Below are positions 17,298 to 28,632 of a DNA stretch of 64,000 bases, piece by piece. A program made the translations under genes and the position numbers. The notes under the pieces were generated by a model, which saw nothing but the letters and a program-made list of their open reading frames with translations, searched no databases and had not been told where the DNA came from. The stretch's first letter is position 1. Every line of letters starts with the position of its first letter. The stretch covers positions 141,492 through 205,491 of the forward strand of contig JBOEGD010000020.1 in NCBI GenBank assembly GCA_050633245.1, given 5' to 3'. Source of the stretch: Calditrichia bacterium (GTDB taxonomy: Bacteria > Calditrichota > Calditrichia > RBG-13-44-9 > J075).

Positions 17298-20200
17298 CGC
17301 AGGCTATCTGTCGGTGCTGGTTCCGGTTCGGGAGCGACAATCGGTTCTGGTTTTACGTCCTCAACGGTAATTGCAAGACTTGCGTTTGCCTGCAGACCGT
17401 TTAAGTCGCTCACGACAAACGTAAGAGAGTAATTCCCTTGTTGCAGGCTATCCGGCGTCCAGGCAAACTGCTTGCTGGCGTTGTCGAATGTTGCACCCTG
17501 CGGTAAGTTGTTTGCTGTAACCATCAGATTGCCGTTGTCTTCTGTGTCCAGATCGGAGGTCTCGATTGAGAAGCTCAGAGTCTCTCCTTCGCGAACGCTT
17601 TGGTCATCGGGAAGTGATATCTCCGGAGCGCGATTCACGTTGGTCACCAGCAGATTGAAGTCGCTTGTTACCTCGGCATTCCCATCACTTACTACATATT
17701 GAATCGGGTATTCTCCGGCATCGCTAAAGCCGGGTGTCCAGCTTAACTCTCGGCTGGTGTTGTCGAAGGCTGCACCGGAAGGCAGTCCGGTCAGGCGATA
17801 TTCCAGAGTCTCCGCATCTTCAGTGTCCGGATCGCTTGCCGCAGGCAACGCGAGTGTAAACTCCTGATTCTCTACCATCGTAATGTTGTTAAGTGTTGAC
17901 ACTTCGGGAGAACGATTGACATGAACGATATTTATATCTACCGAGGTTTCATCTGTCTCTCCGAAGCTGTCGGTAACCTTCAACTTAACAGTGTAATTTC
18001 CTGATTGTTCATAAGTAGGCGTCCAGCTTATGGTACCATTGCTACTGTTCAGAATTGCGCCCTGAGGCAAGTCTTCGGCAGCATATAATAACTTGTTAAC
18101 GTCTTCGCTATCCGGGTCCAGAGCAGGGACGCTGAATTCGAGTGCTACGTTCTCACTGCCAGGCTGTGCAGCGGCGACTCCAAATGCCGGAGCGCGATTC
18201 ACATTGGCCACACTAATGGTAAAGCCACGCTCAGCTAAGAGGCCGGAACCGTCTTTTACTCTGGCGGTTAGCGCGAAATTACCAGACTGGTCGTATGTTG
18301 GTGTCCAGCTGACTGAACCACTGGTGCCGTTTAGCGCCATTCCATCTGGCATGTTGTCAATTTCATAGCTAAGCGTATTTGCGTTTTCAACATCAGGATC
18401 TGTTGCCGTCAATTGGAACGTGATCGCTTCGTTTTCATTTCGTGTAATGTCTTCTATCAAATCGAGCGTCGGGGTACGGTTGACGTGGGTTACGTCCAGA
18501 ACAACCGTCTTGGCATCACTGAGATTTGCCGAGTCGCTTACATTAAACAAAATTTCGTAGCTTCCGGATTGCTCAAAAGTTGGTGTCCAATTAAACACGC
18601 GTGATGTCGGATTGAACGTTGCACCTTCCGGCAGGCCGCTGGCGCCGAAGGTTAATGCGCCGGTATCTTCCGTGTCGCTATCGCTTCCATTGATTGTAAA
18701 ACGTACTTCCTGGTTCTCATCTGTTGTCTGGTTTGCAATATCATCGAGTGTCGGAGCGCGGTTCACGTGGTTGACTGTAACTGGAAGAGATGTAGTATCA
18801 GTATACTCACCGTCGGATACCGTATATAGAACGCGATAACTACCAGACTGATCGTATGTTGGTGTCCAGCTAAAGGCGCCGCTCTTTGAATCCAGCGTTG
18901 CACCATTTGGAGCATTTTGCATAGAGAAACGCAGCTTATCCTTGTCTTCGCGATCCTTGTCTGATGCCTCAAGCGTGATCTTTAAATCGTTGTTTTCATC
19001 AATCGTCTGCGGTGTGATCTTGCTGATTACCGGTGCTCTGTTCACATGCGTTGCGCGAATGGATGTTGTCTTAGAATCAGAGTATCCATCGGGATCGGTA
19101 AGGGTAAAAACGACATTGTCGTATACCGCAGATTGTTCAAAGGTTGGTGTCCAGCTGAAGGTGCGTGTTACCGGATCGAATGTTGCGCCTTCCGGTAAAT
19201 TTGACGCTGCATAAACGATCTTGCCATTGTCTTCCACGTCGGGGTCATCACCAGAAACCGAAAAAGTTAGCTGCTCATTCTCGTTTACCACTTGGGTTGC
19301 AACCGTATTGAGAACCGGCTTACGGTTAATATGTTTCACATCGATTGGAAAATAAGTTGTGTCGCTAAGCGCGCCTGATATCATCACGGCCATGATATTT
19401 GGGTAGCTGCCAGACTGATCGTAAGTCGGATTCCATTCGAAGGTTGCCGAAACAGGGTCGAATGTAGCGCCCTCAGGCATATTATACATGCGAAAGGAAA
19501 TTTTGTCTTTATCTTCGGCGTCCAATTCTGTACCCGTTATGCCGATGCCGAGGGTTTGGGCTTCATCAACCGTTTGTGCATTTACTGCCGCAATTACCGG
19601 CTTACGGTCGATATGATTCACTTCTATTGTGATTGGCTCACGATCCTGTCCGCCGCCGCCATCATCCATTACAAAATCTACCACATAGCTGCCGGATTGC
19701 TCGAACGTTGGTGTCCAGCTAAACGTGCGTGTGGTAGGCTGAAATGTAGCACCTTCGGGAAAATTCTCTGCTCGATAAGCGAGCCGCTCCTGATCTTCAC
19801 GATCCGGGTCACTTCCCTGAGGAATTACAAAACTTAGTTCTTTGTTCTCATCTACCTGCTGATTGTCAATGCCGGGTAAGTCTGGCAAGCGATTCACGTG
19901 ATTTACAAAAAGCGTAACCGTATCGCTTGCGCTGAGAGAGGTTTCCGTCTGTTCAATTACGCGATAGATAACATCGCGATATTCACCAGACTGTTCAAAA
20001 GTTGGCGTCCAGCTGAAAGCACCGCTTTCATCGCTGAATGTTGCACCCTCAGGCATATTGATAATCTCGTACTTTACCGGATCGCCGTCGGGCTCTTGAG
20101 CATCCAGCTGCAGCTCGAATACCTGATCTTCATAAAGCTGCGGATTTACTATGTCTGTAAGACGTGGTGAGTTGTTGTGGCGCATAATCAAAGTAGAAGT

Positions 20201-21157
20201 GTTCGCTGCCAAAAATACATAAATGTCCTGCTTGTATACGCCATAGCTAATGTCGTCAGTGGCATAACGACTTTCCAGGAACGGTCGCTTCGGATCTGTT
20301 ACATTGATGATTTGCAGCCCGACATCGCGATTGGCAAGATAAACATAATTCCCGGCCTTGTATAAATCGCCAACAAAACCCACGTTGGAAAACCGCTTGA
20401 TTTCGAGAGGGAATTCAGGATTACTGATGTCAATAAGAAGTAATCCACCGGCGCCGTCTGCGACGAAGGCTGTCTCATCAACCACCTGAACCTTCATCGC
20501 ATTATAGCCGGTGCGATATTGAGACAGGCGAACCGGATTTTCAAGATCGGATATATCGTAGATCAGCATACCGCCTTTTTTGGCAGCAATGAAAAGCAGG
20601 TTGTCTTTTTTGAAAATTTGCTGAACCCACGCTTCAGGAATTTCCAGCTTTACCGTAATTGGATTGTCAAAGTCTGAAACATCCAGAATGGCAAAGCCCT
20701 CATTTCCAAGAGCAACGTAAAGATGAGGATGTTCGGCAACAACCCAATAGGCATTACCCGGAGGCTTAATTTGTGCTACTTTACTGACGTTTGTCAGGTC
20801 AGCAATATTATATACCTGAACACCGGATGATTGATTTGCCAAATAAGCATAATCACCATCTACATCGGTGTAGTAGGCTTGGTCATCCGTCGCCATTGAA
20901 GCGACTTGTATCGGATTGCGGATGTCGGTAACATCTACAACCTGCAAACCAGCCCAAAAGTTGGTTATTAATAGGTGGTTGTTCAAAAAACGTATTTGAC
21001 GAATGCCGTCGTTATACTTTATTTCACCTGCGGCCGGGGACATGGTAGAAATTAGTTCGGCAACCGCTTTTTGTGCTAATACAGATTCGATCGGTAGAAT
21101 CGAAAGAATAAGGCAAAATAGTACGGCTTTTAACTGTCGAGGGAACAGCGTCCTCAT
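17294..21157 (-). CDS. secreted LVIVD-repeat beta-propeller protein with about 10 tandem putative Ig (He_PIG/cadherin-like) domains
   Basis: Signal peptide; GLQVVDVTD-type LVIVD repeats; about 95-aa units NRxP...DPD...LPEGATF...FSWTPTFEQSG. Confidence 0.88.
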   Translation of the reverse strand: MRTLFPRQLKAVLFCLILSILPIESVLAQKAVAELISTMSPAAGEIKYNDGIRQIRFLNNHLLITNFWAGLQVVDVTDIRNPIQVASMATDDQAYYTDVDGDYAYLANQSSGVQVYNIADLTNVSKVAQIKPPGNAYWVVAEHPHLYVALGNEGFAILDVSDFDNPITVKLEIPEAWVQQIFKKDNLLFIAAKKGGMLIYDISDLENPVRLSQYRTGYNAMKVQVVDETAFVADGAGGLLLIDISNPEFPLEIKRFSNVGFVGDLYKAGNYVYLANRDVGLQIINVTDPKRPFLESRYATDDISYGVYKQDIYVFLAANTSTLIMRHNNSPRLTDIVNPQLYEDQVFELQLDAQEPDGDPVKYEIINMPEGATFSDESGAFSWTPTFEQSGEYRDVIYRVIEQTETSLSASDTVTLFVNHVNRLPDLPGIDNQQVDENKELSFVIPQGSDPDREDQERLAYRAENFPEGATFQPTTRTFSWTPTFEQSGSYVVDFVMDDGGGGQDREPITIEVNHIDRKPVIAAVNAQTVDEAQTLGIGITGTELDAEDKDKISFRMYNMPEGATFDPVSATFEWNPTYDQSGSYPNIMAVMISGALSDTTYFPIDVKHINRKPVLNTVATQVVNENEQLTFSVSGDDPDVEDNGKIVYAASNLPEGATFDPVTRTFSWTPTFEQSAVYDNVVFTLTDPDGYSDSKTTSIRATHVNRAPVISKITPQTIDENNDLKITLEASDKDREDKDKLRFSMQNAPNGATLDSKSGAFSWTPTYDQSGSYRVLYTVSDGEYTDTTSLPVTVNHVNRAPTLDDIANQTTDENQEVRFTINGSDSDTEDTGALTFGASGLPEGATFNPTSRVFNWTPTFEQSGSYEILFNVSDSANLSDAKTVVLDVTHVNRTPTLDLIEDITRNENEAITFQLTATDPDVENANTLSYEIDNMPDGMALNGTSGSVSWTPTYDQSGNFALTARVKDGSGLLAERGFTISVANVNRAPAFGVAAAQPGSENVALEFSVPALDPDSEDVNKLLYAAEDLPQGAILNSSNGTISWTPTYEQSGNYTVKLKVTDSFGETDETSVDINIVHVNRSPEVSTLNNITMVENQEFTLALPAASDPDTEDAETLEYRLTGLPSGAAFDNTSRELSWTPGFSDAGEYPIQYVVSDGNAEVTSDFNLLVTNVNRAPEISLPDDQSVREGETLSFSIETSDLDTEDNGNLMVTANNLPQGATFDNASKQFAWTPDSLQQGNYSLTFVVSDLNGLQANASLAITVEDVKPEPIVAPEPEPAPTDSLR

Positions 21158-21596
21158 TGCGGACTCCTGATTTACGTGAGTTTATGACATGAAAAGGTCG
21201 AAAATATAGTTCATGAAGTTGCAAAAAACAATGCGATGTGTTATGTAGAACATAGAATAAATACCAACACAATACGTTTAGCATTTTATGGGATTTTGGA
21301 ATCGCTCAAAGTTGCACCATTTACGTGGTAATGAGGCGTTAAAGATCACGAACGCATATACCCATTTTTTAATCCTTTGGGAGGTAGGTTGGTAAGACTT
21401 CAATTCGTTGAGTTTTTCTGATAAAATACGTCACTTCGATTAATTGTTTAGACTATCGGATGAATTCTATTTAGTCTTCAGTTAATTATTACAATAGTGC
21501 ATATTATTAAACTTACCAGCGAAACAAAAGAATTAAAATGCAAATCGAAGCGCTTCCTTCGTTAAGATTGTTTTGGAAGCATGGAGGAGTTTTCAC

Positions 21597-22832
21597 TTGA
21601 ACGCCATCATTCTGTCAGTCGGCAATGAATTGCTAAACGGAAAAACGGTAAATAGTAACGCCAGCTATATTGGCGGAAAATTATTCGACATCGGAATTGT
21701 TACATCTGAAATTCAGACCATTAAGGATGACGCCATTCAAATCAGAGGAAGTCTCGATCGGGCAATGAAAACATTTGATTTAGTGTTTATGACCGGTGGA
21801 CTTGGACCTACACATGATGATATTACTAAAAAGGTGGTCGCGGACTATTTTGAGGCTAAGCTTGAATTTAGAGAAGATGTTATGGCAATGGTAGAAGAGC
21901 GGTTTCGCAGTATCAATATAAAAATGCCGGCGGTTAATCGAAATCAGGCACTGGTACCAGTCGGTGCAGAGGTTCTTGAAAACCGCGCGGGAACTGCTCC
22001 GGGGATGCGATTCGAAAAAGACGGAACGTTGCTATTTGTAATGCCGGGGGTGCCGACTGAGATGAAGTCTATTATGCGTGATCATATTCTACCCTTTTTA
22101 CACGCGAATACGAACTCCGCACCGATTGAAGTGCGGCAGTATCGCACAACGGCGATCCCCGAATCGAAGCTCTATGAACGCTGTCGGGATTTACTCGCCG
22201 CGTTCCCGGATTATCAGATTGCTTTTTTACCGCGATTTACCGGGGTTGATATTCGCTTGTCTGTCCCATCTGGTAGAGAAGACCTGTTAGTCGCGCTGGC
22301 AGACTTTGAGGTCGGCTTGAAGGAGGCTGTTGGAAACTATATTTATACTCAGGGACGCGAAGACATCGAAGAGGTTGTTCAAAAGATGTTTCTTGAACAG
22401 CGGCTAACGCTGGCAGTTGCCGAGAGCTGTAGCGGTGGGCTCATTCAACATCGACTCACTAATATACCCGGTGGCTCTGCTTATTTTTGCGGTGGTGCAG
22501 TTACGTATAGCAATGAGGCCAAAGTAAAACAGCTAAATGTTTCGGAAACGTCTCTGGAAAAATATGGCGCGGTTAGCGAGGTTGTTGCGAAGGAGATGGC
22601 TGAAGGCATACGAAAAGCTTTTGATAGCGACATTGGAATTGCAACGACCGGGATAGCCGGGCCCGGCGGTGGCACGTCTGAGAAACCGGTTGGTCTCGTT
22701 TATATGGCTCTCGCTTCAAAAGATGAGACCACATTTCGTGAACTGCGGTTGACGCCAAATCGCAAATTAAACAAGGATTTGACGGCACAACTTGCTCTGG
22801 ACATGCTCAGACGCTATCTTCAAGGGATTTAA
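21597..22832 (+). CDS. cinA: competence/damage-inducible protein CinA (MoCF-like domain plus NMN deamidase PncC)
   Basis: SVGNELL, TGGLGPTHDD, MPGVP, AESCSGG, TGIAGPGGG; TTG start after GGAGGAG. Confidence 0.95.
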   Translation: MNAIILSVGNELLNGKTVNSNASYIGGKLFDIGIVTSEIQTIKDDAIQIRGSLDRAMKTFDLVFMTGGLGPTHDDITKKVVADYFEAKLEFREDVMAMVEERFRSINIKMPAVNRNQALVPVGAEVLENRAGTAPGMRFEKDGTLLFVMPGVPTEMKSIMRDHILPFLHANTNSAPIEVRQYRTTAIPESKLYERCRDLLAAFPDYQIAFLPRFTGVDIRLSVPSGREDLLVALADFEVGLKEAVGNYIYTQGREDIEEVVQKMFLEQRLTLAVAESCSGGLIQHRLTNIPGGSAYFCGGAVTYSNEAKVKQLNVSETSLEKYGAVSEVVAKEMAEGIRKAFDSDIGIATTGIAGPGGGTSEKPVGLVYMALASKDETTFRELRLTPNRKLNKDLTAQLALDMLRRYLQGI

Positions 22833-22972
22833 GCCGGGCCGGCCATTTTTTTTGTTTGACTTTATAACGCACTTCGAGTAAATTCCCCGGTTGTAAAATT
22901 TTGAGAATAAACGACGTATACCCAATATAAAAAACGCAGAAAGTCGCCACTGGCGAAAAGGAAGTTGTTGAA

Positions 22973-24880
22973 ATGACAAATACAGTTTACAGTAAGATTG
23001 CACTTACTCTTTTTGTAGTCGGTCTGTTCGCATATCTGGTTTACCCTACATATCACTGGTATGACCTGGGAGCAGAAGGACGCGAAGCATTGAAGACGTC
23101 TGATCGTGGTGCATACGATGATCTTTCCAAAAAAGCTATCAAGCTGGGATTAGACCTGCAGGGTGGCATGCACGTAGTGATGGAAGTTGATGTCGAAAGC
23201 CTTTTCGACAAGCTGGCCAAGAATAAAGATGCTCGTTTTAATGAGGCGCTTGCTGCATCTGCAAAGGAAAGTCGTGAGGACGACGCCAATATGGTTACTG
23301 CTCTCGATCGCAACCTTACTGCCGCCGGTGCAGATTTAATGCTGTATTATGGCGATCGTGAACGTCGTAGTAAAGAAGACGTAATTACTTTTTTGCAGGA
23401 GCAAAAAATTGAGTCAATCGACCGCTCGCTGGAAATTCTGCGTAACCGCATTGATGAATTTGGTGTTTCTGAGCCAATCATCCAGAAGCAGGGCAATACC
23501 CGCATTATGATTGAGCTGGCCGGTGTAACCAGCCGTGAGCGTGTGCTCGAACTTATTGGAAAAACGGCCAAACTTGAATTCCGCATGTTAAAAGAGCAGC
23601 AGGTTGCTTTCCGCGCTGCTTCCCGCATTAACGACTTCCTTACCGGGCAGGTCGATAGTACTGCCGATGGTAGTGAAGATTCCGCAGGGGACATTGCAGA
23701 AGAAGTTAACGAGAGTACAGATACCACGGCTCAGGTGAGTGGGGAAGATCTCTTTGGTGATTCCAGTAGCGATTCCGCCGCTACCGATGCTACCGCTGAT
23801 GAGGTGGATATTGACGCATCATTGTTTGCCTTTACGCAAACTGGCATTTTTGTGCATTTTAAAAATATTGATCGTTTCAAAGAAATGGTAAACAGTACGG
23901 ATGAAGTAAAAAATATTATCAATCAGGAAGCCGGTCGCTCCGTTTTTATGCTGGGAAAAACCCCAATAGACATTTCTTCACAGCCTGAGGAAAACCGCTA
24001 CATACCGGTTTTTATGGTGACTGGGCAGTCTGACCTTGATGGCAATACCATCGTTGATGCCTCTCGCAGTCGCTCCAGCCTGGACGATCTTGGATCTACC
24101 GGTTGGGAAGCAAATATTCGCTTTAACAATGAAGGCCGCGAAACATTCAGCCGCCTTACCGGCGCCAACATCGGCAAACAAATGGCCATTATTCTTGATA
24201 ATCGCGTGCAGTCTGCACCGACTATACAAAGTAAAATTTCTCAGGGACGAGCTCGTATCACCAACCTGGATACGGCTGAAGAAGCGGAAGATCTGGCCGT
24301 TGTATTGAAAGCCGGTGCTCTGCCGACCGCCTCTGAAATCATTGAAGAGCGAACGGTAGGACCGTCCCTCGGACAAGACTCTGTTACCAGCGGTACCTGG
24401 TCGGCACTTATCGGACTGGCATTTGTTGCCGTGTTTATGCTTATTTATTATCGCTTCGGTGGTTTTGTGGCTAACATTGCCCTGGTTCTTAACATCTTTA
24501 TTCTTGTTGGCGTAATGGCTGGCTTCGGCTTTACACTCACGCTGCCGGGAATCGCTGGAATTATTCTAACCATCGGTATGGCAGTAGATGCAAATGTGCT
24601 TATCTTTGAGCGCATTCGTGAAGAACTGGATAAAGGTAAATCGGCTTGGCATGCACTCGATGAAGGTTATGGAAAGGCGTTTATTACCATTCTTGATGCT
24701 AATGTAACGACTTTTATTGCAGGTGTTGTGCTATTTAACTTTGGTTCCGGACCGGTTCGTGGATTTGCAGTAACGCTGATGATTGGTATTCTTGCCAGTA
24801 TGTTCACCGCGATCTTTGTAACACGTACAATTTTTGAATTCTTGTTGACTAAAAAATATATTAAAGAGCTTAGCGTATAA
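22973..24880 (+). CDS. secD: protein translocase subunit SecD
   Basis: LGLDLQGG, RNRIDEFGVSEP, VGPSLG, IGMAVDANVLIFERIREE. Confidence 0.98.
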   Translation: MTNTVYSKIALTLFVVGLFAYLVYPTYHWYDLGAEGREALKTSDRGAYDDLSKKAIKLGLDLQGGMHVVMEVDVESLFDKLAKNKDARFNEALAASAKESREDDANMVTALDRNLTAAGADLMLYYGDRERRSKEDVITFLQEQKIESIDRSLEILRNRIDEFGVSEPIIQKQGNTRIMIELAGVTSRERVLELIGKTAKLEFRMLKEQQVAFRAASRINDFLTGQVDSTADGSEDSAGDIAEEVNESTDTTAQVSGEDLFGDSSSDSAATDATADEVDIDASLFAFTQTGIFVHFKNIDRFKEMVNSTDEVKNIINQEAGRSVFMLGKTPIDISSQPEENRYIPVFMVTGQSDLDGNTIVDASRSRSSLDDLGSTGWEANIRFNNEGRETFSRLTGANIGKQMAIILDNRVQSAPTIQSKISQGRARITNLDTAEEAEDLAVVLKAGALPTASEIIEERTVGPSLGQDSVTSGTWSALIGLAFVAVFMLIYYRFGGFVANIALVLNIFILVGVMAGFGFTLTLPGIAGIILTIGMAVDANVLIFERIREELDKGKSAWHALDEGYGKAFITILDANVTTFIAGVVLFNFGSGPVRGFAVTLMIGILASMFTAIFVTRTIFEFLLTKKYIKELSV

Positions 24881-24920
24881 CGCAGGCATATAAAACTGTC
24901 TAGTAGGAGACTGTAGCAAC

Positions 24921-25862
24921 ATGCGACTTCTAAACAACCCGAAATTTAATTTCATGAGTTTTCGTAAGACCGGGTTTCTTCTTTCCAGTATCCTTATTGG
25001 TGTCTCTCTTGTTTCCCTGGTGTTGCACGGCGGCCCTAAGTTTGGTATTGATTTCCGCGGTGGTAAGTTCGCCGAGTTTCGTTTTGAAGAAAAAGCGAAC
25101 CCTGAAGCACCTGTAACTGTGTCAATTGAAAAAATTCGTCAAACAGTTACCGATATGAATATTGGTGCAAATGAAGTAAAAACCTTTGGCACGCAGGATA
25201 TTGGTGTCCAGTTCGATGAATCGGCTGATTTGGGCGAAGAGAGTATGGCGGCTATTATAGCCAAGCTGGGTGAAGCAACTGGAAACAATGTGATTCTGCG
25301 CCGAACGGAGACCGTCGGTCCAAAGGTCGGTCAGGAGTTGGTAGTTTCTGCTCTGATGGCTATTTTAATATCGATGGCACTTATTCTGGTTTATATTATG
25401 TTTCGATTCGAATTGCGCTTTGGCGTAGGGGCAGTAACCGCTCTCGCGCATGATATTATTCTCACGCTGGGTGTGTTCTCTATCTTTGATATTGAGATTA
25501 CAGTTCCGATTATTGCTGCCGTGCTTACAATTATCGGTTATTCACTGAATGACACCATTGTAGTGTTTGATCGTATTCGGGAAAACCTGAAGACGATTAA
25601 GAAGAAGATCAGTGGCTATGCCGATTTAGTAAACCGCAGTATTAATGAGACGCTCTCCCGTACAATCGTAACCTCTGGTACCACGTTGATTGTAGTAATC
25701 GTGCTTTATCTATACGGTGGAAATATTATTAATGACTTTGCTTTTGCTCTGATTTGTGGAGTTATTATAGGAACATATTCATCGATATTTATTGCTTCAC
25801 CGGTGCTTGTTGAGTGGGAAGCCCGTCAGCAGACTGCTATCGCATCCGGTAAGAAAAAATAA
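24921..25862 (+). CDS. secF: protein translocase subunit SecF
   Basis: GIDFRGG, GYSLNDTIVVFDRIREN, GTYSSIFIA. Confidence 0.98.
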   Translation: MRLLNNPKFNFMSFRKTGFLLSSILIGVSLVSLVLHGGPKFGIDFRGGKFAEFRFEEKANPEAPVTVSIEKIRQTVTDMNIGANEVKTFGTQDIGVQFDESADLGEESMAAIIAKLGEATGNNVILRRTETVGPKVGQELVVSALMAILISMALILVYIMFRFELRFGVGAVTALAHDIILTLGVFSIFDIEITVPIIAAVLTIIGYSLNDTIVVFDRIRENLKTIKKKISGYADLVNRSINETLSRTIVTSGTTLIVVIVLYLYGGNIINDFAFALICGVIIGTYSSIFIASPVLVEWEARQQTAIASGKKK

Positions 25863-25877
25863 GCTGAAAGTCTTGGA

Positions 25878-26213
25878 ATGAATATTACTCAGAATGTACA
25901 TGAAGACATCGTCATCATTGGGTTAGATGGCGATGTTATGGGCGGCCCTGAGGCCGTAAAGTTAAATACGGAAATCAATAACCTGCTCGACAGCGGTTCG
26001 CTGAAGGCTATTATTGATCTGGGAAGCGTAAATAGAATGAACAGTAGTGGGTTGGGAATTCTGATTAATGCGGCAACAACGTATAATCAAAACGGTGGTA
26101 AGCTAAAACTGGCAAATTCCTCGCCTCTCGTTCAAAATCTACTGACTATTACTAAGCTGGATTCCATCTTCGACGCCCATTCAAGCGTAGAAGAAGCAAT
26201 TGCAAGCTTTTAG
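25878..26213 (+). CDS. STAS-domain anti-sigma factor antagonist
   Basis: IIDLGSVNRMNSSGLG with phosphorylatable Ser; LTITKL. Confidence 0.92.
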   Translation: MNITQNVHEDIVIIGLDGDVMGGPEAVKLNTEINNLLDSGSLKAIIDLGSVNRMNSSGLGILINAATTYNQNGGKLKLANSSPLVQNLLTITKLDSIFDAHSSVEEAIASF

Positions 26214-26344
26214 TCAAACACGTTAAAAGCAATGGTCGATAAAAGACGTGAACTTTTCGACTTCGCCGGTCCAAGGGACTGGTACCAGCACACCTTCAGG
26301 AAACTCTCCTACACTAAATTCTGTCCGGTGCTCCGGACACATGA

Positions 26345-27649
<1,305 letters not shown>

Positions 27650-27774
27650 TCTTTCCGTAGGCTAAAAGAATGAGGGTATTTGTTAATCGCAGTTTCTTGC
27701 TCTTTCCTAATAGTTTTCCTGACCAGCCTTGGATGCAATCAAAGACTGAACTTCCTGCGATTTTTTGGATACGC

Positions 27775-27808
27775 AATAGTTCACACTTGTGCTAAAGTGT
27801 GAACTATT
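27775..27808. promoter_or_regulatory. putative tyrosine-recombinase binding/crossover site I (14-6-14 perfect inverted repeat)
   Basis: AATAGTTCACACTT-GTGCTA-AAGTGTGAACTATT. Confidence 0.7.
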
Positions 27809-27811
27809 ACT

Positions 27812-27840
27812 TTGCCTATCCCTATAAATTCTGCTATATT
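27812..27840 (+). promoter_or_regulatory. sigma70-type promoter of the recombinase gene
   Basis: TTGCCT-N17-TATATT with extended -10 TG. Confidence 0.65.
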
Positions 27841-27857
27841 CAAATCAGTATATGAAC

Positions 27858-27891
27858 AAAAGTTCACACTTTTATAGCAGAGTGCACCATG
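27858..27891. promoter_or_regulatory. putative recombinase site II (imperfect 14-6-14) overlapping the start codon
   Basis: AAAAGTTCACACTT (13/14 to site I left arm)-TTATAG-CAGAGTGCACCATG (9/14 to right arm). Confidence 0.55.
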
Positions 27892-28461
27892 TCTACCTAC
27901 CAGTTAAAGGCCTCGGCCTACCATTTAAAGCTCCCCGAAATTAAGAAACTGATTTTTGCGACCCGTTCGTTTCGGAACCGGTGTCTTCTAAAGACTCTCT
28001 TCTGGGCAGGCTTGCGTCGCGAAGAAGCAGCGCAGCTGGATATACGCGATATCGACTTTGAGCGAAAGCGTATTCAGGTGAGAGGGAAGGGGAATAAGAT
28101 TCGAATTGTCCCGATCATTGACGACGAATTTCTAAGCGACCTGCAACACTTGGTTGCTGGCCGAAACTCCGGACCGGTCTTTCAAAACCCTAGGAGCGAG
28201 CATTTGACAATTCGTATGATTAATAAGATTACTCGTCAGGTAGGGGAGCAGGCTAATATTACCAATCCAAACCCATCGTTGAAGCATATTAACCCACACC
28301 TGTTTCGGCACTCAATAGCACGCTATTTAAAAGGCAAAGGGTTTTCTGCAGAGTGGGTGCAAAACTTTCTTGGCCACTCTTCTTACAAAACAACCATGGA
28401 TATGTATGGAACCATTTCTCTTGATGAAATGCAAGATGAGGCAGTAAAGCGATTAGGGTAG
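27889..28461 (+). CDS. small tyrosine recombinase (phage integrase family, essentially catalytic domain only)
   Basis: Complete catalytic set: GLRREE (R), GKGNK (K), HLFRH (HxxR), LGH (H), DMY (Y); 190 aa. Confidence 0.93.
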   Translation: MSTYQLKASAYHLKLPEIKKLIFATRSFRNRCLLKTLFWAGLRREEAAQLDIRDIDFERKRIQVRGKGNKIRIVPIIDDEFLSDLQHLVAGRNSGPVFQNPRSEHLTIRMINKITRQVGEQANITNPNPSLKHINPHLFRHSIARYLKGKGFSAEWVQNFLGHSSYKTTMDMYGTISLDEMQDEAVKRLG

Positions 28462-28632
28462 GTTATTTATCTACAAATCGCGCGTGTAAATATGCATTTC
28501 CTAAGCACAGGTGGTAAAGAGCTGTTCTTATTCAAAAATGATTACTCAAAATTATCCTTGCTTTTTTATTCATTAAATATGTAGCGTTAATCACACCTCA
28601 TTCAATTTTACCTTATTATCTGGAGGAAGCTT

